Source: an uncultured archaeon
Lineage (GTDB): Archaea > Aenigmatarchaeota > Aenigmatarchaeia > Aenigmatarchaeales > Aenigmatarchaeaceae
Assembly (NCBI GenBank): GCA_964608725.1
Contig: CAZSPB010000001.1
Coordinates: forward strand, 43,696-107,695
Direction: 5' to 3'
DNA length: 64,000 bases
Of this stretch, positions 36,823 to 46,554 are shown piece by piece (positions within the stretch are counted from its first letter, which is position 1; each line of letters begins with the position of its first letter). The position numbers and the translations under genes were made by a program. The notes beneath the pieces were generated by a model. The model made no database searches and was not told the DNA's origin. It worked only from the letters and a program-made list of their open reading frames with translations.

Positions 36823-38550
36823 ATGGAAAAAATATATGGGGCTATAAAAGATCCTTTATTTCATGAAAGGGTAATACTTGGAGAGGATTTACAAAAAGAA
36901 TTACTTAAAGAATATCTTTCTCTATTTCCAAATATGAAAAGTGCATCTGAATCTTTAGGTCTGAATTTAACAACGTTTTTTGCATATCTTAAATATCAAA
37001 ACAAATCTATCCCTAAAAAAGTTTTTGAAGTTGTAGCCTCTCGATTAGGTATTGAAGACCCATCAAAACTAATAAGAGAAAAAACTACACTTAAAGAAAT
37101 TCGAAGCAAATTTCTTAAAGAATTTTGGAGAAACGATAGAGAACGTGCTTTGAAGGTAGCTAGAAAAGCGGCACCATTGGGGATAAAAAAGCTAGAAAAA
37201 AAGAAAGGTAAAAGTAGGAAAGAGATAATGAAAGAGGTTCGGAGTCATCTTTATAATAAGTATGGACTAGATGCTCACCGTGTAATTGGTAATTTAAGAA
37301 TCGAGAAAGCAAAAAGGGAGTTTGGTAAAAACTGGAAAATGGAAATGATCAAACCTGCAATGGAAAAACTTAAAGAGAAATATGGAGAAAAATATTGGGA
37401 AGTTCTTTTACCTAAAGCTCGAGCTGCCTTAGAGAAAAAATATGGCCCTCTTTGGGCCTTGAGGCTTTCAAGAAGAGGAATGAAGGCTTTAAGAGAAAAA
37501 TTTGGTGAAAATTGGAGAGAAATAACTTTAGAGAGGGCTAGAAAAAAACTCAAAGAAAAATATGGAGAAGATGTTTACCATTTTCTTAGTAAGTTGTCGA
37601 AAGAGACAAGAAAAGTTAAATCCTTTGCTTCAAAAAGAATGGATATGAAGGAAGAAGAAAGGAAGTGTTACAGTTGTGGAAGTACTAACCTTATCAAAGA
37701 TCATGAAACTGGTGAAACTGTTTGTGCTGATTGTGGTTTAGTTCAATATGAAGCTTCACTTGATATGGGTCCAGAATGGAGAGCATTTGATGAAGAACAA
37801 AAGAAGGCTCGCACAAGAGTAGGACCTCCACAATCCCATAGGTACCATGATAAAGGTTTAGGTACTACAATAGGATGGATGGATAAAGATGCGCATGGTA
37901 AATCGTTAAAACCTGAACAAAAGGCTCAAGCATTTAGGCTTAGAAAATGGCAGAAGAGAGCGAGAGTACAAAGTTCAGATGAAAGAAACATAGCTTATGC
38001 TTTAACTTTAATTAATGGAATAGGAGAAAATCTTAATTTACCATCTCAAGTTTTGGATAATGCTTACATAAATTACAAAAAAGCAGTAAAGAGAAAATTG
38101 ATCAGGGGAAGGTCTATTCAGCAGGTAGCTGCTGCAACAGTTTATTTAGCTTGTAGATTGTGTGGTATAAACAGAACTTTGGAAGAAGTTGCTGAAGCAG
38201 CTTCTCTGAAAAAGAAAGATGTTGGAAAGCAGTATAGATTTATTGTGAAAGAATTTGAGTATTGGAATATTCCTCAACAAAAAGCATCAAATTATGTTAG
38301 TAGATTATGTAGTAGTATGGAACAAGAAGAGATATCTTACAAGATTCTTAATGCAGCAAAAAAGGCTAATCTTACTTCCGGCCGTGGCCCTATAGGTATT
38401 GCAGCTGCCGCAACCTATATTGCAGGTGTTTTATGTGGAAAGAAAGTAACTCAAAGAGAAATTGCTGAAAGAGCGGGGGTCACAGAAGTCACAATAAGAA
38501 ATAGGTATAAAGATTTAATGGATGAATTATTATTTGAAATTTCTCTTTAA
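36823..38550 (+). CDS. tfb: Transcription initiation factor TFB with a 272-aa N-terminal extension containing tandem 20-aa repeats
   Basis: The TFB core begins at MDMKEEERKCYSCGS...CADCG (zinc ribbon), followed by the B-finger and two cyclin folds. ATG at 37639 would give a canonical 303-aa TFB. The same frame stays open for another 816 nt upstream, with repeats ([AK]L[KR]EK[YF]GExxW...) of about 60 nt period in 37290-37610. Confidence 0.85.
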   Translation: MEKIYGAIKDPLFHERVILGEDLQKELLKEYLSLFPNMKSASESLGLNLTTFFAYLKYQNKSIPKKVFEVVASRLGIEDPSKLIREKTTLKEIRSKFLKEFWRNDRERALKVARKAAPLGIKKLEKKKGKSRKEIMKEVRSHLYNKYGLDAHRVIGNLRIEKAKREFGKNWKMEMIKPAMEKLKEKYGEKYWEVLLPKARAALEKKYGPLWALRLSRRGMKALREKFGENWREITLERARKKLKEKYGEDVYHFLSKLSKETRKVKSFASKRMDMKEEERKCYSCGSTNLIKDHETGETVCADCGLVQYEASLDMGPEWRAFDEEQKKARTRVGPPQSHRYHDKGLGTTIGWMDKDAHGKSLKPEQKAQAFRLRKWQKRARVQSSDERNIAYALTLINGIGENLNLPSQVLDNAYINYKKAVKRKLIRGRSIQQVAAATVYLACRLCGINRTLEEVAEAASLKKKDVGKQYRFIVKEFEYWNIPQQKASNYVSRLCSSMEQEEISYKILNAAKKANLTSGRGPIGIAAAATYIAGVLCGKKVTQREIAERAGVTEVTIRNRYKDLMDELLFEISL

Positions 38551-38828
38551 TCTTCTTTCCAAAAATATTCTGTTCTTTGAGGGAATTCTTTTACTAAACA
38601 ACCTCTTTCTAGTTTATAGAATACTTCTTTTATTATATAATTTAACTCGTAATAGTCAAATCCAGTATTTTTAACTATAATCTTACACTTTTTCCCATTG
38701 ACTAAAATACTTTCTTTCTTTTTATCATTGACCTTGTAAAATTTTGTACAATTTTTGCCAAGCTCAATTACATAACTCTCAGAAACCTTTTTCTTAATTT
38801 CTCCTACAAGAGTTTTCCAAATTTTCAT
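38547..38828 (-). CDS. Hypothetical protein (93 aa)
   Basis: ORF track only. Confidence 0.3.
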   Translation of the reverse strand: MKIWKTLVGEIKKKVSESYVIELGKNCTKFYKVNDKKKESILVNGKKCKIIVKNTGFDYYELNYIIKEVFYKLERGCLVKEFPQRTEYFWKED

Positions 38829-38835
38829 GAAATTC

Positions 38836-40737
38836 TTATAATTTATCTATTCCTTTTCCAGCAGCTAAACCAATGTTGGATTTTAAAATTTTATCAAGAA
38901 TTTCCATGTTAAGTTTCTTAAGCTGGCACATATGGCCACCTTTTAAAATTTTATGAAAATCTCCAAGAAATTCAATTTTTTCAATATCAGGCAGATTAAT
39001 ATCAACACCACCAGTATAAAAATCTCTTTTTGAGTTAAATTTCATTTTATCATATTTTGCAAAACCTTGTGAGAGGAGAGAATAGTCGAATTCTGCTAAC
39101 CCTACTCTCAAATTTTTTAGTTTAATATTTTTGTCAATAAATTTAAGAATTTTCAACGCAAGCTTTTTATTTTCAACATAATCACCAGCTATAGTTTCTA
39201 TCAAATCTTTAACACCACAAACTTCAACAATGCTTATTCCATCATCAAAATGACAATATTTATCCCTTCCAACTCTATGATTTAAATAATTTAATTCAGT
39301 AAGAGCTTTTGAGTTTATACTTTCTACTGATGCTACAATACACTTTTTTATTAAATTAAGCCTTTCTAATAGTAATTCATAAATTTTATCTTCATCCTTT
39401 GTTATATAACCTAATCTAGGAAGGTTTAAAGCAACCATTTGCATTTCAACAGTTCCGATTGTTCTTTCCCAACTTTTCCAGTTTGAGTCGAGTCTTGTCC
39501 AATCAAACATGTAGTTTGCATTTTCAGTTTGCCATTTTGGAATGAGGTTAGCAACGTAAATTTGGTCAAAGACTTTTTTGATATTTTCTGGTATATCTTT
39601 TCTGTTTCTAAATTTCAAAATAAATTTTGGGCAAATTGTTTTTCCTTTTTCACTCAAAACACTTAGAAACATTTCTAACAAAGTTCTTGCTTCGGCTTCA
39701 TAATCTTTATAACTCCCAACTTCTTTCCCACCACAATAAGCTGGTTGGTTTTTCAAAAATTTTGGGATGCTAACCTCCAAATTTATATAAACCCTTAAAG
39801 ATTTTGCATTTGTGATAGTGTATAAGTGATCTAAAGAGTAAATTATTCTTTCTGCCATTTGTTTTACTTCATATTTATTCTTCTTCCTTATGTATGGTGC
39901 TAAGAAAATGTTAAAAAAATCAAATGTTTGTTGCAGGTCTGCTAAATTTTCATTTATGGCTTTTATAGCTGTCTCAAAATGCGAAACACAAGAAGTCATA
40001 TTTTTTGGTGGTTCAGCTTTTAGGCCAATTATTTTCAAACCATGCTTTAAGATGAGCGAAAAATTATGCTGAAGGTCTATAGGGTAAGATTTTCCTACAT
40101 TTCTTATATGAATATCTTTTTCTAAATGTGCTCTCACAATTTCTCCCAAATTTTTTTCTCTTAATACATCAAGGAAATTTTTCTTTCTAAATAAAAACTC
40201 AGTTGATTGTAAAGCTTCTCTTAAGCGATATATTTTTCTATTTTCTTCTTCAAGAATTTCGAATAAAATTTTCCTAATTTCTGCAAACGTTATCCCATTA
40301 TAAACTCTCTTTGCTAACACTCTTCTTATTTTTTCAATAAGATCTTTTGGTGTCCCTGCTTCAATTGCAATTCTCTCTATTACATCTATATCAAATTCTT
40401 GCAATTTTCCTTCCCAATCTATTGCCAACAACTTTTTCTTTCTTCCTCTTTCTTTTCTAGAGAATACTTGTGAAATGCCTTCTGGAGAAATATCTAACTT
40501 AAATTTTTCTAAAGTATAGATATTCTTTTTCCTTCCATCTCTTATCTTTCTACATCTTAAAATCCCAGCTTTCTCCATTTGATTTAAGTACTTGAAAGCT
40601 GTTGAGAAACTTATTTTCAATTCATTTCTTATATCAGACAAAGATTTTGAGCCTTCTCTTGCGATTAAATCTACAATTTTTAATTTTATAGGATTATCAA
40701 GAGCAGAAAGTAGTTCTGCAAGCTTTTCAGGTTTCAT
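38836..40737 (-). CDS. Large protein with N-terminal ArsR-like winged helix and an uncharacterised 550-aa domain
   Basis: N-terminal wHTH (LSDIRNELKISFSTAFKYLNQMEKAGILRCRK). An internal ATP-cone-like stretch (IDVIERIAIEAGTPKDLIEKIRRVLAKRV...ITFAEIRKILFEIL). The segment YTGGVDINLP resembles RNR finger-loop motifs. No glycyl-radical or other known catalytic motif was recognised. Confidence 0.5.
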   Translation of the reverse strand: MKPEKLAELLSALDNPIKLKIVDLIAREGSKSLSDIRNELKISFSTAFKYLNQMEKAGILRCRKIRDGRKKNIYTLEKFKLDISPEGISQVFSRKERGRKKKLLAIDWEGKLQEFDIDVIERIAIEAGTPKDLIEKIRRVLAKRVYNGITFAEIRKILFEILEEENRKIYRLREALQSTEFLFRKKNFLDVLREKNLGEIVRAHLEKDIHIRNVGKSYPIDLQHNFSLILKHGLKIIGLKAEPPKNMTSCVSHFETAIKAINENLADLQQTFDFFNIFLAPYIRKKNKYEVKQMAERIIYSLDHLYTITNAKSLRVYINLEVSIPKFLKNQPAYCGGKEVGSYKDYEAEARTLLEMFLSVLSEKGKTICPKFILKFRNRKDIPENIKKVFDQIYVANLIPKWQTENANYMFDWTRLDSNWKSWERTIGTVEMQMVALNLPRLGYITKDEDKIYELLLERLNLIKKCIVASVESINSKALTELNYLNHRVGRDKYCHFDDGISIVEVCGVKDLIETIAGDYVENKKLALKILKFIDKNIKLKNLRVGLAEFDYSLLSQGFAKYDKMKFNSKRDFYTGGVDINLPDIEKIEFLGDFHKILKGGHMCQLKKLNMEILDKILKSNIGLAAGKGIDKL

Positions 40738-40813
40738 AATATTAATTATTTTTCAAGTTTTATAAAACTTTCATAATTCAAGAAATTATATTTTATGAAG
40801 AATGAAATAAAAA

Positions 40814-41608
40814 TTGAATGCAATAAAAATTTCTTATGGTGAAAAAATGGAAACTTTAGTAGAAAAATCAAGTAAAGAAATTTTTAAAGAGTTTTCAATT
40901 AAATCAGGAAGATATGCAGAATCTTCACTAATAAATTCTTTAAGAGAATTGAGAAATTATTCACCATTACCATATGAAGCAGAAAAGAAAGAATTTTATA
41001 TAAAAAGTTTAGTAAGGGAATGGTTTTCTTACAGAATGAGAAGAAAATATGAGGAATTGTCTCCAGAAATATTTGAATTAAAAAGAGAAATTGAAATTGA
41101 TGCAAAACACTTTACAAGGAGAAATTCTTACAGAGGGAATGGATTTGAAAAAATTAAAATAGAAATTCCTATGCTTGCCCGTGCAAGACTTGATAAAGAT
41201 AAAGGTTGGAGCAGTAATATAGAAGCAGAATATCCTTATGAAATTTCTTTGAGTTCAAGGATGCCAAGAATTCCATTAGAAGTAAGAAGAGCTGGAATGG
41301 AAGCTCTAGGATATGCTTACAAAACATTTGGAGATGCTCTTGCTACTGAAGTTCTTGGAGAAATTATAATGGAAAAGCCAGATTATGCGCCACAACCAAA
41401 AGATGCGGAACTTCTTGTTCTTTGGAAGCCCAGAGCATCTGAGATACATGTTGAAGCTAAAATACTGGACGATGACCCAGCTTTAGTTTTGAAATGGGAT
41501 AGGCCTTATTTAGTAACTACATGGAAAGAACCAGAAGAAGAACCATTTATGCGTCTAATCACAGCTTGCAAACTTCCTAATCTAGATGAATTTTTGGTGA
41601 GAAAATGA
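40814..41608 (+). CDS. Hypothetical protein (264 aa)
   Basis: ORF track; overlaps the next gene by 4 nt (operon). Confidence 0.35.
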   Translation: MNAIKISYGEKMETLVEKSSKEIFKEFSIKSGRYAESSLINSLRELRNYSPLPYEAEKKEFYIKSLVREWFSYRMRRKYEELSPEIFELKREIEIDAKHFTRRNSYRGNGFEKIKIEIPMLARARLDKDKGWSSNIEAEYPYEISLSSRMPRIPLEVRRAGMEALGYAYKTFGDALATEVLGEIIMEKPDYAPQPKDAELLVLWKPRASEIHVEAKILDDDPALVLKWDRPYLVTTWKEPEEEPFMRLITACKLPNLDEFLVRK

Positions 41609-42003
41609 TAAGATTAAACTCAAAAACAGAAATTTTAGTGAAATCAAGAGAGTATGAAGCCTCCATTTTTTATAATTTTTTAATTAAAAGATTATCAAAG
41701 TTAAAGTTTAAGTTAGTAGATGAATGGTATGAGATAGAAAGTTCTAGTGGAGAAATTGAAAATACTCAAAATTTAAGGCTTTTGGAAATAATAAGTAGGA
41801 GTTCATTCATTAAGAAAATAATAAATGTTAAAAGATATAGAAAAGGTAACAATTTTGTTACAATAAGAAATTATTATTTAAACTTTGATGATTTAATAGA
41901 TAGCATAATTGAGAAAACTATAGTTTCTATAAAATTTTCTTCAATTAAACTCTGTCAAAATTATTCAATTATAGCTTTCTTTAAAGAGTTAAAAATCTCA
42001 TAA
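41605..42003 (+). CDS. Hypothetical protein (132 aa)
   Basis: ORF track only. Confidence 0.3.
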   Translation: MIRLNSKTEILVKSREYEASIFYNFLIKRLSKLKFKLVDEWYEIESSSGEIENTQNLRLLEIISRSSFIKKIINVKRYRKGNNFVTIRNYYLNFDDLIDSIIEKTIVSIKFSSIKLCQNYSIIAFFKELKIS

Positions 42004-42815
42004 ATTTCAACAACAGTTTTAGAATCAGTTTCAATCACTGGCTTTAAATTGACTATTGCTTCAATAACCTTTTTATCATAAGAAATTTTTCCTAAAAATT
42101 TGTCTTTCGACCATCTTTTTATTTTTTCTGAGAGTTTTTTGTTTACATCCCATTTGTTTATCACTATATTATACCTTATTTTGAAATGATTAACAATATC
42201 TAGAATTCTTTTTAAATCAGAGAACCCAGAAGGTGTAGGTTCTGTGATTAAAACGACAAAATCACAACCTGAAAGGGAAGCAATAACAGGGCAACCTATT
42301 CCTGCTGCAGAATCAAGTATCATTATATCATGATCAAACTTTTTAGCCAGATTCTTAACTTCTTGAACTATTTTCCCTGATCCAGATTCTCCAGGATAAA
42401 GTTGTGCAGAAATTAAAGGAAAACCATATTTAGTTTTTTTGATCCTTAATTCACCATTATTAACTGGTTTTGTTTCTATTGCTTTTGGATAAAAAATTTT
42501 ACAAGCCCCACAACCTTCACATAAGAACTGGTTAATTACATATTTTTTATTAACTTTTTCTATAGCACGAAAATTGCATATTTCCAAAACTTTATCATCT
42601 AAGAGTTTTTGATTAATTATTTTTGCTTTTTCGGATGTTGAAATTTTTTCAACTTTATCATAATCTGTAATTCCTAACCATAAACCTAAATTTGGAGCAT
42701 CGACATCGCAATCACAAGCAACTACCTTCTTTTCTTTTGAAAAAAGAAGGGCTAAAGAGCTTGCAAGCATCGATTTTCCTACTCCACCTTTTCCTGATGC
42801 GACTGCTATTTTCAT
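41961..42815 (-). CDS. MinD/ParA-type P-loop ATPase fused to a 4Fe-4S ferredoxin-like segment (Mrp/NBP35-like)
   Basis: Deviant Walker A ASGKGGVGKS, CDCDVDAPNL, and a Cys cluster CEGCGAC. Confidence 0.75.
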   Translation of the reverse strand: MKIAVASGKGGVGKSMLASSLALLFSKEKKVVACDCDVDAPNLGLWLGITDYDKVEKISTSEKAKIINQKLLDDKVLEICNFRAIEKVNKKYVINQFLCEGCGACKIFYPKAIETKPVNNGELRIKKTKYGFPLISAQLYPGESGSGKIVQEVKNLAKKFDHDIMILDSAAGIGCPVIASLSGCDFVVLITEPTPSGFSDLKRILDIVNHFKIRYNIVINKWDVNKKLSEKIKRWSKDKFLGKISYDKKVIEAIVNLKPVIETDSKTVVEIYEIFNSLKKAIIE

Positions 42816-43216
42816 ATTTTTAGCCTGTTAATAACTTTTATTAAAGATGCTTTTCTTTTAAAGAAATGTAAATGGCCTTTACACTTACAATCACTTGAAC
42901 CAAAATTTTTGATTGTCTTATCTGCATTCTTCTCAATATATTGAGAAATAAAACATTCTATTTTTTTCTTACTTTGTATTACTATTGCTCCATCTATGGA
43001 AACTAATGGGTTTGAAAGTAAATAATCTATATGCCATTTCTTTTTCTTATTTCTTCTAAAATGTCTTTCTAACCTATTTTCAAGGTTTATATTTTTTCCT
43101 AATGCAGAACCAACATAACAATAATAACCCTTTTGAAAATCAATCAAACCTAACTTTCCAATTTTTATTTTTGATTTTTTCTTTAACTTTAAGACTAGGA
43201 TATAACTTCCCCTCAT
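42812..43216 (-). CDS. DUF123-like protein (GIY-YIG-related fold)
   Basis: GYYCYVGSA...RLERHFRR...KKKKWHIDYL pattern. Located between the two MinD-ferredoxin ATPase genes, as in methanogen genomes. Confidence 0.5.
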   Translation of the reverse strand: MRGSYILVLKLKKKSKIKIGKLGLIDFQKGYYCYVGSALGKNINLENRLERHFRRNKKKKWHIDYLLSNPLVSIDGAIVIQSKKKIECFISQYIEKNADKTIKNFGSSDCKCKGHLHFFKRKASLIKVINRLKI

Positions 43217-44034
43217 ATAAGATCAACTACTTTTTCTAAATTTTTCTCACAATATGCTTTAAGTAATCTTTCAGAATATGGGATTTCTAGTGAAATTTTG
43301 GTATTAAACTTTTCCGCTATTTTTTCAATAATTTTTCTCTCTCCTATTCCTGATTTGTTCAAAACAACTTTACCATTTATATCCATCTTTTTTAATAACT
43401 CAAGAATTATCTCTAAGTCATGTGCACCTAGTGGTGTAGGTTCTGTAACAGCATAAACTTCATCACAATTAAGTAAAGCATGAATTACATTACAATGTGT
43501 TCCAGGTGCTGTATCTATGATTAAAAAGTCAGCCCTTACTTTTTTCGCAAAATTTATTGCCCTTTTCTTTACTTCATTAACTATTGGCCCTGTTTCTGAA
43601 ATACCTGTTTTTGATTTTCCTGTGAAAAGCCAAAAATTTTCTTTAACTTTATTCAAAAAAGATTTACCAGCAATTTCTTTCTTCTTTTTTATAGCTTTTT
43701 TAGGACAAGACATCCAACATGCTCCACAACTGTTACAAAGATCGTGAATAAATAAAGGATAATTATCTTTTACCCAAAATATTGCGTGTTCTTTACAAAT
43801 TCTAGAACATAAACCACATTTTTCACATTTACTTTTATCAAGCTCAGGAAAATTTTGATAAATTGGTTTAGAATTTTGGAGTTTTTGGTTCAAAATTAAA
43901 AAGTCGTTAGGACATTCAACATCACAATCACAAAGTACAACTTTTTTCTCTTTTGAAAATTTCAAAGCTAAAAGGATAGCGAAAGTTGATTTTCCTACTC
44001 CACCTTTTGCACCAGTTGAAGCAATAATTTTCAT
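43213..44034 (-). CDS. MinD/ParA-type P-loop ATPase with ferredoxin-like Cys clusters (paralog)
   Basis: ASTGAKGGVGKST, CDCDVECPN, CEKCGLCSRIC and CNSCGACWMSCP. Confidence 0.75.
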   Translation of the reverse strand: MKIIASTGAKGGVGKSTFAILLALKFSKEKKVVLCDCDVECPNDFLILNQKLQNSKPIYQNFPELDKSKCEKCGLCSRICKEHAIFWVKDNYPLFIHDLCNSCGACWMSCPKKAIKKKKEIAGKSFLNKVKENFWLFTGKSKTGISETGPIVNEVKKRAINFAKKVRADFLIIDTAPGTHCNVIHALLNCDEVYAVTEPTPLGAHDLEIILELLKKMDINGKVVLNKSGIGERKIIEKIAEKFNTKISLEIPYSERLLKAYCEKNLEKVVDLI

Positions 44035-44035
44035 T

Positions 44036-45439
44036 TTATACTAACCCTAAAACCATTCCAATACCTAAAAAGAAAATTATAAGGCCAGCTATCAAATGAA
44101 GGTATCGAATATTCCTTTCTTTCCATCCTGAAATATCTTCAACTTTTGCTATTCCAAAATAAACTATTAAAGTAATTCCCAACATTGGTGAAACAAAAAT
44201 TGCATTATAAAGAAGAAGCCAAGGAAGTGTTTTGAACAATTCAAGAGCTGAAAGAATACCACTAGCTATTACATAAGGACCTATGGTACATGGTAAAAGG
44301 AAAACTGTTACAAAGGCACCAACTAAGAAAGCACCTCTTGGCGATGTTATTTTAGAAATAATTTTCTTTACTTTAGGCCTCCAACCAAGAGGCATTTCTG
44401 TAAGAAACCCTCCAGGTTTATATTTAATAAAATCTTTTATTTGAAGAATTCCTAAGAGAATAGCAGCTAAGCCCAATAATTGATATAGTAACAAACGTAT
44501 GGAAGTAATAACTTGAATAATCTGGAAAAATTTTACTAAAATAAGACCATAAAAAAGGTAAATAATAAAAACAGATAAAGTAAAAGCTAAACCAGCAAAT
44601 AAAACATTCTTTTTTTCTTTTGGATTATAAGTAAGAATAGCTATGAGCATTAAAGTTAAAACAGCAAGAGCACAAGGATTAACTGCATCAACAGCAGCTA
44701 AGGAAATAAGTTTAGCTATTGTAAGTTCACCTTTTGTTAGTTGTTCTTTTTCACCTCCTGTTATTTCTCCTTTAACAATTTTTTCTTTTACTGATTCACC
44801 ATTCCATTCAAATATCCAACCATCAATTTTAATAGCGTTTTCAAAATTGACGTATTTCCCAGAAAGTGCCACTGGCTTAGGTTCTATAGTTTCATAATTT
44901 TGGCCCTTTAAAGTTTTCGATAAATTTTTAGTGAGGAGTAACTCTCTTAACAAAGTTTCATTACCTCCACCACCAGAATAAATCAAAATTCTTTCTCCAT
45001 GCCATATTTTTGGTTTGCCAGGTAAATCGTTTATTTTTAGAGTTTCAAATTTTTCAGAACCATTTATTAATGGGCAATCATTTTCTTTTATTCTTTCTAT
45101 TGTACTTCGAATATTTTCCAAAATAGGTAAATCTCCAATTATATGTGTTTCTTTATTAAAGATTATCAAAGGTACTCCTAAGCCACAATTATATTGAGAA
45201 TCAAAAGAGTAAAGTAAAGCAGCATTTCCAGTTTGTTGATAAATTTCATATTCAATTATTATCAATTCTGGATACTCTTTTAATAAATCTTCAAGTATTA
45301 CAGGATCAGTCTTTGCGCAATGAGGGCAACCAACTCCAGTAAAGTAAACAGCACAAATTTTAGCCTCTGCGACAGGGATAAAAATAAGAAAAAGGAAAAT
45401 TCCACTCAAAATTGATGTTCTAATTTTCATATTATACAC
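44036..45439 (-). CDS. Thioredoxin-domain / CcdA(DsbD)-family fusion membrane protein (disulfide electron transfer)
   Basis: N-terminal signal plus Trx motif GVGCPHCAK, and a second Trx-like region. C-terminal polytopic domain with NPCALAVL and a second LPCTIGPY Cys motif. Confidence 0.7.
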   Translation of the reverse strand: MYNMKIRTSILSGIFLFLIFIPVAEAKICAVYFTGVGCPHCAKTDPVILEDLLKEYPELIIIEYEIYQQTGNAALLYSFDSQYNCGLGVPLIIFNKETHIIGDLPILENIRSTIERIKENDCPLINGSEKFETLKINDLPGKPKIWHGERILIYSGGGGNETLLRELLLTKNLSKTLKGQNYETIEPKPVALSGKYVNFENAIKIDGWIFEWNGESVKEKIVKGEITGGEKEQLTKGELTIAKLISLAAVDAVNPCALAVLTLMLIAILTYNPKEKKNVLFAGLAFTLSVFIIYLFYGLILVKFFQIIQVITSIRLLLYQLLGLAAILLGILQIKDFIKYKPGGFLTEMPLGWRPKVKKIISKITSPRGAFLVGAFVTVFLLPCTIGPYVIASGILSALELFKTLPWLLLYNAIFVSPMLGITLIVYFGIAKVEDISGWKERNIRYLHLIAGLIIFFLGIGMVLGLV

Positions 45440-45902
45440 CTAAGATTATGAATATTTTAAATAAAACATATGAGAATAAAATTCCGCTTAAAAAAATTAA
45501 AAAGATTTTTGTATATGGGATAAGATGTAAACACTTACAATTAAAAGTCTGATAAAACGGCATAGTTAATTCCAATTTCTTTCTCCAACTTCTCACCAAA
45601 TTTAGGAGATATCCTTTTTTATAATTATGACCTTTTTCAACTCTTTCTAAGAAGTTTTCAATTTCTTCATATAAAATTTTGAAAATTTTAACATTTTTTG
45701 GTTCAATTCTGGATGCATGGGCTATAGCTTCTTCTAATTCACCTCTAATGAAAATTAAATGTTTTAGAACACAGGAACCTTCACCCTCTATGAAAGAGGG
45801 TGTATTCATAGCTTTTATATGATTTTCTGCTTGTAGAAAATTAGTTAAACAATTCTTTTTGTTATAAGATAAAAATTTCTTATCTTGATTTTCTCTTTTC
45901 AT
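45432..45902 (-). CDS. Hypothetical protein with C-terminal TM helix
   Basis: ORF track only. Confidence 0.3.
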   Translation of the reverse strand: MKRENQDKKFLSYNKKNCLTNFLQAENHIKAMNTPSFIEGEGSCVLKHLIFIRGELEEAIAHASRIEPKNVKIFKILYEEIENFLERVEKGHNYKKGYLLNLVRSWRKKLELTMPFYQTFNCKCLHLIPYTKIFLIFLSGILFSYVLFKIFIILGV

Positions 45903-46071
45903 TTTAACAACACCTAAAATTGTCTAATATTTTTAATACCTTTTTCTTAATTTTACTTCTTTCTGAATAAACTTTCCCACCAATTATCATTCCTATTAAA
46001 ACTATAAAAATGATTGCTATTAATATATCTTCATTCATAAAAAATTTGTATAATGAAACCATATTTAAAGG

Positions 46072-46554
46072 TTGGTTTCAAAATTTGAAACTGAGAATAT
46101 GCTTAAGAAAATAATCATTACGATGATATTGTTCGGAGGTTTCATTTTCCTAGTTTCAGTTACAACATTTTATGTTCAAAGCCAAATATCTCATTATGGT
46201 TATTGTCCAATTCCTATACCCGTGCTCATGCCTACTCTTGCATCTCTTGGGTTATTTGTAGGCTCTCTTGTATATTATATAATGTTGGGTAAAGTTGAAG
46301 AAAGTAGAGAGAAGAGGACAGAAGCAATAAATTTTTTGTTAGAGCTCTTACCTACAGATGAAAAAGAAGTTTTGAGGAAAATAATAGAGAATAAAGGAAA
46401 AATAACACAAAGTAAACTTTCCTCTTCCTTAGGAAAAGTTAAGGCATTTCGCGTTTTAGAGAGTTTAAGAAAGAGAGGCATTATTTTAAAAGAACCCTAT
46501 GGAAAAACAAATATAATCAAATTAAATGAAAAATACTCTAAAATTTTGATTTAG
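46072..46554 (+). CDS. Membrane-anchored winged-helix regulator
   Basis: Two N-terminal TM helices, then a wH-like region ITQSKLSSSLGKVKAFRVLESLRKRGIILKE. Confidence 0.45.
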   Translation: MVSKFETENMLKKIIITMILFGGFIFLVSVTTFYVQSQISHYGYCPIPIPVLMPTLASLGLFVGSLVYYIMLGKVEESREKRTEAINFLLELLPTDEKEVLRKIIENKGKITQSKLSSSLGKVKAFRVLESLRKRGIILKEPYGKTNIIKLNEKYSKILI

